Shown: positions 45,701-56,783, numbered from the stretch's first letter. The stretch: DNA of 64,000 nt from Candidatus Aquicultor sp. (GCA_030682615.1 JAUXNY010000082.1:47550-111549), one strand, 5' to 3'. Numbers and translations are program-made. The notes: generated by a model from the sequence alone, not told the origin.

Positions 45701-46735
45701 ATGGCAGGTAATAAAAAACTCCGGGGGATAACCGATGAAGAGGCCGGTGTTTCCGGCAACGGCAAAGTGAAGGGCGCGACTGCCGAGAGGCTCAAGCGCC
45801 TCGATTTCCATAGCGCGTTGAGGGGCGAGGTGCTGCCGCTATGCAGGCTTAAGGCGGGTGAGGTTTGGGAAGACCCGGTGCGCGGGCATCGCGTAGGCGT
45901 GCTCGACGCGACAGACCCTAAGCACGTCGCCGCGCTTACCGGCGGAAAGAGGGCCCGCCTGGTCGTCAACGACCCGCCTTATAATGTCGCGGTGGGCGGT
46001 GCCAACACCGCGAACCTCTTTAAGCTAAAACTCGATGAATACCTGGACTTCTCACGTAAATGGGTCGCCAGCGCCATCGATGTTCTCGAAGACGACGCAC
46101 ACCTCTATATCTGGATTGGCGCGGACTACAAAGACGGGCTGCAGCCGCTACCTGATTTCATTATACTCATGCGCGATTTCCACGAGCTTGCCGTGCGCAA
46201 CCTCATCACGATGAGAAACCAGCGCGGCTACGGCACGCAGAAGAACTGGATGTGGGTGAGGCAAGAGCTCCTATACTATGTCAAGGGAAGCCCGGGTTTT
46301 AACATCGATGCCGAGTACACCGACATACCGAAGATACTGCGCGGCTACTATAAAGAGGTCGACGGCGAGCTGACCGAGAATTTGGAGCGCGGCAAATCGC
46401 AGTATATACGGGCCGGCAATGTCTGGGTCGACGTGCAGCAGGTCTTCTATCGGATGGAGGAGAACGTGCCCGGCTGCTACGGGCAGAAACCGCTCAAAGC
46501 CATCGAGCGCATTGTGTGCTCGGCGAGTGATGAGGGTGAGACGATAGTCGATTTCTTCGCGCACGCGGGGACGACGCTCATCGCCGGGGAGCGGCTCAAC
46601 AGGCAAGTCTATACGTGCGACATCGATCCGGTCTTCGCGGAGATCACGATTCGGCGTCTCGAGAATTTAAGGCAGACTGGAAAGACCGGCTGGCAGTGGC
46701 GAAATCCGTTCCCGGAGTTGGAGAAGGAGCAGTAA
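45701..46735 (+). CDS. Beta-class N6A/N4C DNA methyltransferase (orphan)
   Basis: 344 aa. Motif IV VVNDPPYN precedes motif I IVDFFAHAGTTLIAG (beta-class order). The ATG lies 1 nt after the PspC stop. No nuclease gene adjacent. Confidence 0.85.
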   Translation: MAGNKKLRGITDEEAGVSGNGKVKGATAERLKRLDFHSALRGEVLPLCRLKAGEVWEDPVRGHRVGVLDATDPKHVAALTGGKRARLVVNDPPYNVAVGGANTANLFKLKLDEYLDFSRKWVASAIDVLEDDAHLYIWIGADYKDGLQPLPDFIILMRDFHELAVRNLITMRNQRGYGTQKNWMWVRQELLYYVKGSPGFNIDAEYTDIPKILRGYYKEVDGELTENLERGKSQYIRAGNVWVDVQQVFYRMEENVPGCYGQKPLKAIERIVCSASDEGETIVDFFAHAGTTLIAGERLNRQVYTCDIDPVFAEITIRRLENLRQTGKTGWQWRNPFPELEKEQ

Positions 46736-46739
46736 GCCG

Positions 46740-47651
46740 CTATTGACGATATTGCTCACGGGCGTGATAAGAGCTTCGAACCAGCGGAGCTGCCTCGACG
46801 TGCGAGAATCCCAACCGGTAGCCGATTTGCCTCAGCTCGTCAAACTCCTCCGGGTCATAGTATCTGGCGATAGGGAAGTGTTCTTTTGAGGGGGCGAGGT
46901 ATTGGCCGATAGTGACGATATCGCAACCGTGGTCGCGCAAATCGGCGAGGACTCCCGCGACCTCGTCTTGTTCTTCGCCAAGGCCGACCATGATGCCCGA
47001 TTTTGTGCTGCCGCCGAACCCTTGCTCTTTAGCGACGGCGAGGAGCTGCAGCGAGCGCTCATATACGGCTGCGGGTCGCACCGCCGAATACAGGCGGGGA
47101 ACCGTTTCGATATTGTGGTTTAGAACATCGGGCGCGGAGTCGACCACCGCTTGCAGGGCGCCCCAATCGCCGCTAAAGTCCGGTATCAATACCTCGATAG
47201 CGCACCCGGGCGCCGCCACGCGCACCGCTTTTATCGTCCGGGCAAAGACCAAGGCGCCTCCGTCGGCAAGGTCATCCCTAGTCACCGAAGTTATCACAAC
47301 ATATTCTAGGCCTAGCTCCGCGACGGCATCGGCGACGTTTATCGGCTCGTCGGCGTCGGGAGGGAGTGGTGTGCCGCCGCTTACCAGACAGAAACTGCAA
47401 TTGCGGGTACAGGTATCGCCGAGAATAAGAAAGGTCGCTGTCTTTGCTTCAAAGCACTCGTATATATTTGGGCAACCCGCTTCTTCGCAGACCGTATGAA
47501 GATGGAGCTCTTGAAGAATCGATTTGACCGCACGGTAATTTGTCCCTTGCGAAACCCTCACGCGAAGGTGGAGAGGTTTACGCACCACTACTGAAGTGCT
47601 GTGATGTTTTTGCATATAAACATCGACTTTAGGTATAGTGTGCTTAGGCAT
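46740..47651 (-). CDS. lipA: Lipoyl synthase
   Basis: CEEAGCPNIYEC plus the radical-SAM CTRNCSFC. Track ORF (to 47723) trimmed to ATG 47651, which has an AAAGGA RBS. Confidence 0.93.
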   Translation of the reverse strand: MPKHTIPKVDVYMQKHHSTSVVVRKPLHLRVRVSQGTNYRAVKSILQELHLHTVCEEAGCPNIYECFEAKTATFLILGDTCTRNCSFCLVSGGTPLPPDADEPINVADAVAELGLEYVVITSVTRDDLADGGALVFARTIKAVRVAAPGCAIEVLIPDFSGDWGALQAVVDSAPDVLNHNIETVPRLYSAVRPAAVYERSLQLLAVAKEQGFGGSTKSGIMVGLGEEQDEVAGVLADLRDHGCDIVTIGQYLAPSKEHFPIARYYDPEEFDELRQIGYRLGFSHVEAAPLVRSSYHAREQYRQ

Positions 47652-47703
47652 CCAAATCCTTTCGTAAAAAGGCGCCTTTTTAATAGTCGTGAGTGCGCCC
47701 GGC

Positions 47704-48396
47704 TTAGGCAATGACACGTTCAAGACCCGCCATTTTTATGAGTTCATCCATTTTTATGGCGGTGATGTCGACGCTAAACACTATTCCGAAGTTCTTGACT
47801 ATCGACGCTTTAACATCGCTCATGGCAATCCGCGTGCCGAGAATCTCCGATAGGGATGTCGTACCCTTATCGGCCAGGCCGCAGGGGATGATACCGTCGA
47901 AATAGGAAAGATCGGTCGAGACATTGAGGGCGAATCCGTGCTTGGTCACGCCGCGAGTCACGCGCAACCCGATAGCGGCGAGCTTCTCAGAACCAAGCCA
48001 TACCCCAGTAAGACCTGGTAGGCGCTCTGTGGACACGACGAAATCGGCGGCGGTTCTTATTAACACCTCTTCAAGGCGGTTTAAGTACTCTCGTATCCTG
48101 GAGATGCCGCCGATTTTTACTATCGGGTAACCGACCAGCTGGCCCGGCCCATGATATGTTATCTCGCCGCCCCGGTCGACCCGAAAGAACTCGATGCCAC
48201 GTCGTTTTAAGTCTGTTTTGGTCCATAGGAGTTGCGATGCGTTAGCCCGTCTTCCAACCGTATAGGTATGACCGTGCTCGACGAGGAGCAGAGTATCGGG
48301 AATTCGATCTGCCTGGCGAAGCTCGACCAGGCGTTCCTGCAGCTCAAGCGCTTTAGAATAATCGTAGCGACTTATATCGGCGAATAAACAATCCAT
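47704..48396 (-). CDS. lipB: Octanoyltransferase
   Basis: HTYTVGR, RGGEITYHGPGQLVGYP, KHGFALNV. ATG 48396 (GGAG RBS) preferred over GTG 48408. Confidence 0.9.
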   Translation of the reverse strand: MDCLFADISRYDYSKALELQERLVELRQADRIPDTLLLVEHGHTYTVGRRANASQLLWTKTDLKRRGIEFFRVDRGGEITYHGPGQLVGYPIVKIGGISRIREYLNRLEEVLIRTAADFVVSTERLPGLTGVWLGSEKLAAIGLRVTRGVTKHGFALNVSTDLSYFDGIIPCGLADKGTTSLSEILGTRIAMSDVKASIVKNFGIVFSVDITAIKMDELIKMAGLERVIA

Positions 48397-48411
48397 CCGT
48401 ATCTCCACTTC

Positions 48412-49716
48412 TTATTCGAGGAAGCTCGCCAGGTCGGGCGTGAAGTCCCACGTCTCGAGGTTATGTTTCAACCGCGTAAGGAACTGCGCCGCGATCGCGC
48501 CGTCGATTATGCGGTGGTCGTAGCTGAGCGGCATGTACACCATGTGGCGTATGGCGATGGCGTCATCGATGACGATTGCGCGCTTTTGTATCGCCTCCAA
48601 GCTTAAGATGGCGACGTTCGGCTGGTTGATTATGGGGGTCTGTATTATAGAGCCGAACGAACCGGGGTTGGTGATTGTAAAGGTAGAGCCGGTGACCTCA
48701 TCGACCGAGAGTCTGCCCGCGCGGGCCTTATCGGCCAGCTCAAATATCTCGCGGGCGAGTCCGGTCAAGCTCATGTTCTCGGCACCCTTTATTACCGGCA
48801 CGATTAGCCCGTCTTTTACGGCAACGGCGATGCCGAGGTTGACGTAGTCATGAAGGGCCATGCGCTGCTCGTCGATGATGCGCGCGTTGAGCGTCGGGAA
48901 GTTGCTGAGCGCGTCGATGGTGGCTTTGGCGACGAAGGCCAGGTAGGTGATGGGGAAGCCTTCGCGGCGCTTAAAGGTCTCCTTGATGCGCTCGCGCTGG
49001 ATGTGGATGTTGCCCATGTCTACCTCGATGATGGCTGTGACGTGGGCGGCGGTCTTGCGGCTGCGCACCATGTGCTGGGCGATTTCGCGCCTGAGCCGGC
49101 TCATGGTCACGATGCGCTCGCCCGGCAGCCCAGGAACTTCAACGGGGGGTACTTCTGCTGCGGGCGCGGGAGCTTTAGCCGGTGGCACGGCTTCCGGCGC
49201 GGGCTTAGGTTCGGCGGGCGCCGCTGCCGTAGCGGCGGCCGGTTTTCCGGCAGCTATGTATTCCTCGACATCTTTCCTGGTTATCCTGCCGCCAGCACCC
49301 GTTCCTTGTACCAGAGCGAGGTTGATATCGTGCTCAACGGCGAGCTTTCTGACGACAGGGGAGGCGAAACCGACCCCGGCAGGCACCTCTTTTGCGGCGC
49401 TCGGTTGAGCAGGCGCTTTCTCATCCGGCGCCTCAGGAGCGATGCTTGTATCCGCGGGCTTTTTTTGCCGCGGCGCGCCCGCTTCGTCGATGAGGGCAAG
49501 CTCGACGCCGACGTCGACCGTCTCTTCCTCTCGTACCAATATCTTTGTCACCGTACCGCTGACCGGGGAGGGAATCTCCGTCTCGACTTTCGCGGTCGAT
49601 ATCTCGACTATGCTTTCGTCTTTTTCTACCGTTTCGCCCTCTTTTTTAAGCCATTTTAAAATCGTTCCCTCGGTGACGGTCTCACCGAGGCGCGGCATAG
49701 TCAAAGGAACAGTCAT
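48412..49716 (-). CDS. Dihydrolipoamide acyltransferase (E2)
   Basis: Lipoyl domain (..EISTAKVETEIPSP), Ala/Pro linkers, E1/E3-binding domain (ASPVVRKLA..GTGAGGRITRKDV), catalytic DHRIIDGA. ATG 49716 lies 8 nt after AGGAG. Confidence 0.93.
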   Translation of the reverse strand: MTVPLTMPRLGETVTEGTILKWLKKEGETVEKDESIVEISTAKVETEIPSPVSGTVTKILVREEETVDVGVELALIDEAGAPRQKKPADTSIAPEAPDEKAPAQPSAAKEVPAGVGFASPVVRKLAVEHDINLALVQGTGAGGRITRKDVEEYIAAGKPAAATAAAPAEPKPAPEAVPPAKAPAPAAEVPPVEVPGLPGERIVTMSRLRREIAQHMVRSRKTAAHVTAIIEVDMGNIHIQRERIKETFKRREGFPITYLAFVAKATIDALSNFPTLNARIIDEQRMALHDYVNLGIAVAVKDGLIVPVIKGAENMSLTGLAREIFELADKARAGRLSVDEVTGSTFTITNPGSFGSIIQTPIINQPNVAILSLEAIQKRAIVIDDAIAIRHMVYMPLSYDHRIIDGAIAAQFLTRLKHNLETWDFTPDLASFLE

Positions 49717-49772
49717 ACAAAACACTCCTAGGTCGGTTTAAAATCGCTAGCCTTTATCTCCTAACCGGGCGA

Positions 49773-50765
49773 CTAATATGCGGACAACCTGTCTATCGCC
49801 GCTATGACATCATCCACCTGCGGGATAAAGTAATCCTCGAGCGGAGGGCTGAAGGGTACCGGCGCGTCCGGCGCCGAGACTCTAATAATCGGCCCGTCGA
49901 GATACTCGAAGCCCTCCTCGGCGATTATCGCCGAGACTTCGGCCCCGATGCCGAGAGTCCGCGTATCCTCATAGAGCATGATGGCTTTGCTCGTCTTGGC
50001 TACCGAGTTGAGAACCGTCTCTTTGTCGATAGGAAAAACGGTGCGAAGGTCGACTATCTCGACCGAGACCCCGCTAGCCTGTGCTTTTTCGGCCGCCTGG
50101 AGCGCGGTCTGTACCATCGCCCCGTAGGTTACGATGGTGAGGTCGCTACCCTCGCGCTGTACTTTTGCGGCACCGATATGGCACACATATTCTTCTTCGG
50201 GCAGCACCTCTTTAATCCGGCGATACAGGTATTTGTGCTCGAAATAAAGGACCGGGTTGTCGTCGCGGATAGCCGCTTTGAGAAGCCCTTTCGCGTCGTG
50301 TACCGTTCCCGGCACTATTACCTTCAAACCCGGCACGTGCGCGAACCACCCTTCGGGGCTCTGGCTGTGGAACGGACCGGCCCGCAAGCCGCCGCCCGAT
50401 GGACCCCGAATTACCATGGGGACCGCGTCGCGCGTGCGGTAATGCATCTTGGCGGCAACGTTGACTATCTGGTCCCAGCCGCACGATATGAAGTCGGCGT
50501 ATTGTACCTCTACGATGGGTCGCATCCCCATCAGGGCCGCGCCGACCGCCATGCCGATAAAGCCCTCCTCGGCTATGGGCATTTCGATTATGCGCTCGGG
50601 TCCGAATTTATCGAGAAAGCCTTCGGTGACCTTGAACGCGCCCCCGTAGTCGCCGATATCCTCGCCGAGCATAAAGACGCTCGGGTCGCGTTCGAGCTCC
50701 TCCCAAAGCGCTTGCGATATGGCCTCTACATAGCTGGTCTCTTTCGGTTTATTGGCGGTAGACAT
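49773..50765 (-). CDS. 2-oxoacid dehydrogenase E1 beta subunit
   Basis: Transketolase-like pyrimidine-binding and C-terminal domains (GEDIGDYGGAFKVT, PIAEEGFIG). ATG 50765 overlaps the E1-alpha 3' end. Confidence 0.93.
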   Translation of the reverse strand: MSTANKPKETSYVEAISQALWEELERDPSVFMLGEDIGDYGGAFKVTEGFLDKFGPERIIEMPIAEEGFIGMAVGAALMGMRPIVEVQYADFISCGWDQIVNVAAKMHYRTRDAVPMVIRGPSGGGLRAGPFHSQSPEGWFAHVPGLKVIVPGTVHDAKGLLKAAIRDDNPVLYFEHKYLYRRIKEVLPEEEYVCHIGAAKVQREGSDLTIVTYGAMVQTALQAAEKAQASGVSVEIVDLRTVFPIDKETVLNSVAKTSKAIMLYEDTRTLGIGAEVSAIIAEEGFEYLDGPIIRVSAPDAPVPFSPPLEDYFIPQVDDVIAAIDRLSAY

Positions 50766-51726
50766 CGGTAACGGCCTCCTGTCCCTCGGGGTAAGGGCTT
50801 TCCTCGGCAAATTTTAGAGCCTCGGCGACCTCTTGGGTCACGCGCCCGGTCATGTCTTTTATTCCTGTCTCATCGAGCAACCCCTGATTCGTTAGGTGTT
50901 TTTCAAACCGTTCGATGGGGTCTTTTTGCGCCCACTCCTCGACAAGCTCTTTCGACATATATTTTGCGGCGTCATGCCCGGCGTGTCCCCGCATGCGCAA
51001 GGTTTTGGCTTCGAGGAGGGTCGGGCCGCCGCCATCTCTGGCCCGCTCGACCGCTTTCTTTACCTCCAGGTAGCACTCGATGATGTTATTGCCGTCGACG
51101 ACGACACCGGGTATGGCGTAAGCGTGTGCCCGCTCGGCTACGTCCGAGAGCTTCATCTCCTTATAGGGCGGGGTGGAGTAGGCAAAGCCGTTGTTTATTA
51201 CGACGAATACGACCGGCAGGTTGAGCACGGATGCGATATTGAGCGATTCGTGAAAATCTCCCCTCGATGTCGCGCCCTCACCGCAGAGCGGCATCGCGAC
51301 ACGTTTCTCTCCGCGCAGCTTAAAGGCGAGCGCGGCGCCGGTTGCGACAGGGTAGAAGTCGGGGAGCATGCTCACGGTCGCAAAGAGCCCCCGCTTAAGG
51401 TCGCCCTGGTAGTTGGCTTCACCTTTGCCGCGCGTCAAGCTGTTGGCGCGCGCGTAATGGTTGGTGAATACCTCTCTTGCCGTGAGCCCCCGAGGTAGCT
51501 GCGAAATCATGTCGCGGTGCGCCGGTGCCAGCACATCACCTTGCTCCAGCGCGTACGATGCTCCGACCTCGATGGCCTCTTGTCCGCGACCGAGATAAAT
51601 CGCACCGGGCAATTTACCGCCCTTATATTCGAGTTCGAGCCGTTCTTCTATCGCGCGCCCGAGCCGCATAAAGTAATACATGTCCCGCAGCTCTTTGGCG
51701 CCGGGCTCGATTGGTTTTATATCCAT
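50749..51726 (-). CDS. 2-oxoacid dehydrogenase E1 alpha subunit (TPP-binding)
   Basis: 325 aa. TPP motif region GEGATSRGDFHESLNIA..VVFVVINNGFAYS. Confidence 0.93.
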   Translation of the reverse strand: MDIKPIEPGAKELRDMYYFMRLGRAIEERLELEYKGGKLPGAIYLGRGQEAIEVGASYALEQGDVLAPAHRDMISQLPRGLTAREVFTNHYARANSLTRGKGEANYQGDLKRGLFATVSMLPDFYPVATGAALAFKLRGEKRVAMPLCGEGATSRGDFHESLNIASVLNLPVVFVVINNGFAYSTPPYKEMKLSDVAERAHAYAIPGVVVDGNNIIECYLEVKKAVERARDGGGPTLLEAKTLRMRGHAGHDAAKYMSKELVEEWAQKDPIERFEKHLTNQGLLDETGIKDMTGRVTQEVAEALKFAEESPYPEGQEAVTDVYRQ

Positions 51727-51764
51727 CTTTCACCTCGTTCTTTACTTAGCACGCAGCCGCCATC

Positions 51765-53162
51765 CTAGAGCACATGCAAAGGTTTTCCGGCCAGCTTCAG
51801 CACGGCCTCGCCAATCGCCTCCGCGAACGTCGGGTGCGGGTGGAGAAATTGCGCCAGGTCGGCAACGGTCGCCTCCCAGTTTGTGATGAGCATCGCTTCG
51901 GGAATCAGGTTTATGACATCGGGCCCGATCAGGTGTACGCCTATCAGCGGCCCGTCCTTTTCCGCTACTATTTTTACATATCCGGTATCATCCTTGGCTA
52001 TCGCCGACCGCGGCAGCGTCTGGAAGGGAAGCTCGACTACCTCTATCTCGAAACCCGCATCCCGGGCTTCTTCTTCGGTGTAGCCGACTTTGGCTATTTC
52101 AGGGTAGCCGAAGGTATATATAGGTATCTGCTTGAGGTTTAGTGTTGGCGGGTTTAGCCCCGCTATAGTCTCGGCCGTATGGATGCCCTCGGCGAACGCA
52201 TAGTTTGCGAACTGGGGATTATAGGTGACGTCGCCGACCGCGTAGATATTCTCGACGGTCGTTTGCATGGAGTCGCCGGCCACAATAAAGCCGTGCCGTG
52301 TCTCGATTCCAAGCGATTTGATATCGATGGCCTCGGTGTTGGCGGTCCTGCCGACGGTTACCAGGAGCTTGTCCGAGACTATAGTCTGGCGCGCTCCGTC
52401 CTTATCCGATATCTCTATCGAGACGCCGTCACCGATTATTTGGGCTTCCTCGAGCTTCACGCCGGTATGTATCGATATGCCGCGCTTAGCGAATGCTTTT
52501 TCCAAGTGTTTTGAGATAGCGGGTTCATCGCGCGGCAACAGGCGCGGCTGCATCTCTATTATAGAGACCTCGGCCCCGAACGAGCGGAAGAGGGAGGCGA
52601 ACTCGACTCCGTAAGCCCCGCCGCCGATTATCGTGACAGACTTGGGAATCCCGGTGACTTCAAGCGCGTCGGTCGTGTTCATGATATGGCCTCTGTCTCC
52701 TTGGAGCACCGGTATGTTCTGCGGCATCGAGCCGGTCGCGATGATAATGTTGCGGGCACGCAGGGAATCTATGCTCACGTCACCTTCTATTTTAATAACG
52801 CCGGGCTCCGTTAGCTGCGCCGACGCTTTCATCACCTCGACACCTCTATCTTTAAGCAGCGAATTCAACCCCATAAAGAGGCGCTTTATCGCGACATCCT
52901 TAGCTTTTTGTACCGCTTGCCAGTCAAACGAGACACCTTCGACCGTGATGCCGAATTTACCGGCGCGCCCGATGCTTTCAAGCATATTGGCGCATTGGAG
53001 CAGGCTGGTCGCGGGGATACAGCCTCGGTGCAGGCACGCTCCGCCGACCTTGTCTTTCTCTATTAAAGCGACCTTTAGGCCGAGCTGCGCCGCGCGCAAA
53101 GCGGCCGAGTATCCACCCGGGCCACCGCCGATTACCGCAAGATCATAATCCGTCGCGCTCAA
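51765..53162 (-). CDS. lpd: Dihydrolipoyl dehydrogenase (E3)
   Basis: Track ORF (553 aa) trimmed to TTG 53162, 5 nt after GGAGG, giving MSATDYDLAVIGGGPGGY. Redox-active GGACLHRGCIP. NAD GxGxxG IIGGGAYGVE. C-terminal HPHPTFAE. Confidence 0.92.
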   Translation of the reverse strand: MSATDYDLAVIGGGPGGYSAALRAAQLGLKVALIEKDKVGGACLHRGCIPATSLLQCANMLESIGRAGKFGITVEGVSFDWQAVQKAKDVAIKRLFMGLNSLLKDRGVEVMKASAQLTEPGVIKIEGDVSIDSLRARNIIIATGSMPQNIPVLQGDRGHIMNTTDALEVTGIPKSVTIIGGGAYGVEFASLFRSFGAEVSIIEMQPRLLPRDEPAISKHLEKAFAKRGISIHTGVKLEEAQIIGDGVSIEISDKDGARQTIVSDKLLVTVGRTANTEAIDIKSLGIETRHGFIVAGDSMQTTVENIYAVGDVTYNPQFANYAFAEGIHTAETIAGLNPPTLNLKQIPIYTFGYPEIAKVGYTEEEARDAGFEIEVVELPFQTLPRSAIAKDDTGYVKIVAEKDGPLIGVHLIGPDVINLIPEAMLITNWEATVADLAQFLHPHPTFAEAIGEAVLKLAGKPLHVL

Positions 53163-53492
53163 AGCAACCTCCAAAGACAAGAACGAGCAGGAGCGAGACC
53201 ACCTGTCTCGACTGTAAACACTAATGCTTGGCCGGGGCAAATACGCATGCTTGCCCAACAACCTTAAGTTGAACAGAATATACCCGTTAGCAGCGCGCTC
53301 TAATCGCGAAACGCGGTAAAAATCGGCGTGGCGAGTTGCACAAGATTCGAAGTGGAATGTAGCAGACTGCCCTAAATCGGACCGATACGACACTAGACCT
53401 TGAAGCCAGCCGGCGGTTGATGACATATACAGATGTATCCTATAGAATAGACAGAGGAATTCTTAAGACACGGAAACCGCGCATCTCTTCGC

Positions 53493-54200
53493 ATGGAGGG
53501 GCAATTGACGGAGAGAGACGAGCACTTGACCATCAAGCAGCTTCCCCCTGAGCTTAGGCCGAGGGAGAGGCTTGTGCGTTATGGTGCGGGCAGTTTGTCA
53601 AACGCCGAATTACTGGCTATAGTGTTGGGTACCGGCACAAAAAACCGGACTTCCTTACAGCTGAGTGCAAAGCTGCTCATCAGCTTCGAAACGCTCGGCA
53701 CAATCAGCAGCTCGACCGTCGAGGAACTCTGTGATATCGATGGGATAGGGGAGGCTAAGGCGGCAAAATTGCTGGCCTCGCTGGAGCTGGGAAAGCGCGT
53801 GTGCATGGCTTCGCCGTCGGAGAAAAGCGCGATTGGCAGCCCGCAGGATGTCGCGGACTTGCTCATGGGAGAGATGCGCTACCTCGACCGCGAGCATTTC
53901 AAAGCGCTCGTGCTCGATACTAAACATCAGGTGTTGCGGGTCGTCGATATTTCGATTGGGAGCTTGAACTCGTCTATCGTTCACCCGAGGGAATTATATA
54001 AGAAAGTGATACGCCATAACGGCGCGGCGGTGATAGTGGCACACAATCACCCGAGCGGGGACCCTACACCGAGCCCCGAGGATATTGCTGTGACTAAGCG
54101 CCTGGTAGAGGCGGGAACACTGCTAGGAGTCGAGCTATTAGACCACGTTATTTTAGGCGACGGACGTTTCGTCAGCCTGAAGGAATACGATTTGATGTAG
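53493..54200 (+). CDS. radC: RadC-family JAMM protein (UPF0758)
   Basis: N-terminal HhH region (PRERL..G..LSNAELLAI), C-terminal HNHPSGDPTPSPED. Confidence 0.9.
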   Translation: MEGQLTERDEHLTIKQLPPELRPRERLVRYGAGSLSNAELLAIVLGTGTKNRTSLQLSAKLLISFETLGTISSSTVEELCDIDGIGEAKAAKLLASLELGKRVCMASPSEKSAIGSPQDVADLLMGEMRYLDREHFKALVLDTKHQVLRVVDISIGSLNSSIVHPRELYKKVIRHNGAAVIVAHNHPSGDPTPSPEDIAVTKRLVEAGTLLGVELLDHVILGDGRFVSLKEYDLM

Positions 54201-54234
54201 CAGCTCATGTAGCTGAAAGGAGAAAAGGGCGAGA

Positions 54235-55269
<1,035 letters not shown>

Positions 55270-55383
55270 TAAAAGAGCGATTAGTTGTCAGTATCGAGTG
55301 ACATGTTTTAATTGTAATTTGATTCATACTAATAGTTGCAGGCTGACGGCTGATAGCTGATGGCTATTTATTTTGGGGGCTTC

Positions 55384-56235
55384 ATGCCTGAGTTTTTCAG
55401 CAAACGTAATTATCTCATCATACTAGGCCTCATATTCTTCAGCATGGCCATCTTAACCATACACTTCAGGGAGGGCGAAAATGGCCCTATCCACCGTCTC
55501 CAGCGCTTGGTCATGGCGGCGACCGCCCCGGCGCAGATGGCTGTGAGCAACTCGCTCCAGCCGGTCCGCGACGGCTGGGACTATCTCGCTCACTTCGGCG
55601 ATATCAAGCGCGAAAATCGCCGGCTGAAAACGGAGATAGGCGATCTTCGCCAGACCGTAGGCGAACTGCAGTCGCTTAAGAGCGAGAACACCCGTCTCAG
55701 AAAAATCGTAAAATTCAAGGACAAAGCAGAATATGCGAGTGTGCCCGCCCATGTGATCGGGAAGCCGTCTAGCAACTGGCGCTCCTCGGTCGTTATCGAC
55801 TGTGGTCTCGACGACGGCATCGACCGCGGCATGCCGGTGGTCGCAGGCGGCACTCTCGTAGGCCAGGTGACCGAAGTGTCGGGGCGCGCGGCCAAGGTCA
55901 CGCTCCTCAACGATGTCCAGAGCGGTGTCTCGGTTCAGGTCCGGCGGACCAGCGAAGTAGGCATAGTCAAAGGACAGTTGAAAAACCAGCGACTCGTCCT
56001 CCAATACATCTCAAGGGATTCTTCTATCAAGCAGGGCGACAAGGTCGTCACCTCGGGGCTCGGCGGCGTTTTTCCTAAGGGCCTCGATGTGGGTAAGGTT
56101 TTAAAGGTAAGCCAATCTGTCTACAGTCTCCACAAAATCGTGGAGATAGCCGTTCCGGTGAACTTTGCCGACCTTGAAGAGGTGCTGGTGGTAGAGTATA
56201 AAGACAGCTTTGATTTTAGCCAGGTGAGCAGATAG
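55384..56235 (+). CDS. mreC: Rod shape-determining protein MreC
   Basis: TM anchor, coiled coil (ENRRLKTEIGDLR), two beta-barrel regions (GMPVV..GTLVGQV, VVTSGLGGVFPKGL). ATG 55384 (GGGGG RBS) preferred over 55360. Confidence 0.88.
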   Translation: MPEFFSKRNYLIILGLIFFSMAILTIHFREGENGPIHRLQRLVMAATAPAQMAVSNSLQPVRDGWDYLAHFGDIKRENRRLKTEIGDLRQTVGELQSLKSENTRLRKIVKFKDKAEYASVPAHVIGKPSSNWRSSVVIDCGLDDGIDRGMPVVAGGTLVGQVTEVSGRAAKVTLLNDVQSGVSVQVRRTSEVGIVKGQLKNQRLVLQYISRDSSIKQGDKVVTSGLGGVFPKGLDVGKVLKVSQSVYSLHKIVEIAVPVNFADLEEVLVVEYKDSFDFSQVSR

Positions 56236-56756
56236 TGTTACCGGTATTACGGTCACTCTTCGTCGTCGTTATAGCTTTCATATTTCAGGCAGCCGTAGTA
56301 CCCCATATCTCAATCATGGGAGCCAAGCCTAATGTGATTCTCATAGTAGCCGCCCTCTATGGTATTATGCACGGGCCTTCCGCCGGTGCGCTGGCCGGTT
56401 TCACGGGAGGTCTCCTGTGCGACCTTTTGTCCGGTGTGTATGTTGGTTTAGGCTTGCTCAGTAAGTCTCTGGTAGGGTTCTTTGCCGGCCTGGTACAAAG
56501 GGCTATTTTCGTGGAGAACATCATCTTGCCGATGGCGGCCATCTTCGTGGCGACCGGCATAAGCGAACTCGTCTATGTCGTCTTTCTGTTCCTGCTCGGC
56601 GAGACGGTTCCGCTTAAGCTTCTTATCGTAAATATCGTTCTCCCGACGGCGATTTATAACGCGCTGCTGACACCCTTCGTCTATGCTGCGCTTCGCCGCT
56701 TTATGGTAGCAAAGCAGGATACGCCGGCCGTCAGAATTGCGGAAAAATATAATTAA
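56235..56756 (+). CDS. mreD: Rod shape-determining protein MreD
   Basis: 173 aa, 5 TM helices, GTG overlapping the mreC stop. Called mainly on size, topology and position. Confidence 0.8.
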   Translation: MLPVLRSLFVVVIAFIFQAAVVPHISIMGAKPNVILIVAALYGIMHGPSAGALAGFTGGLLCDLLSGVYVGLGLLSKSLVGFFAGLVQRAIFVENIILPMAAIFVATGISELVYVVFLFLLGETVPLKLLIVNIVLPTAIYNALLTPFVYAALRRFMVAKQDTPAVRIAEKYN

Positions 56757-56783
56757 TTCAAGACCGACATCGAAGACTAAGTT

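Noticed and set aside
53163-53426. 87-codon in-frame N-terminal extension of the E3 (lpd) ORF.
   Set aside because: The FAD-binding GxGxxG must sit near the N-terminus. TTG 53162 with a GGAGG RBS gives the canonical start, and the extension has no homology-like features.
55341-55364. Three tandem 7-mers, GGCTGAC GGCTGAT AGCTGAT, just upstream of mreC.
   Set aside because: The tract is very short and imperfect, and overlaps a rejected alternative start. Most likely chance or slippage with no supported function.
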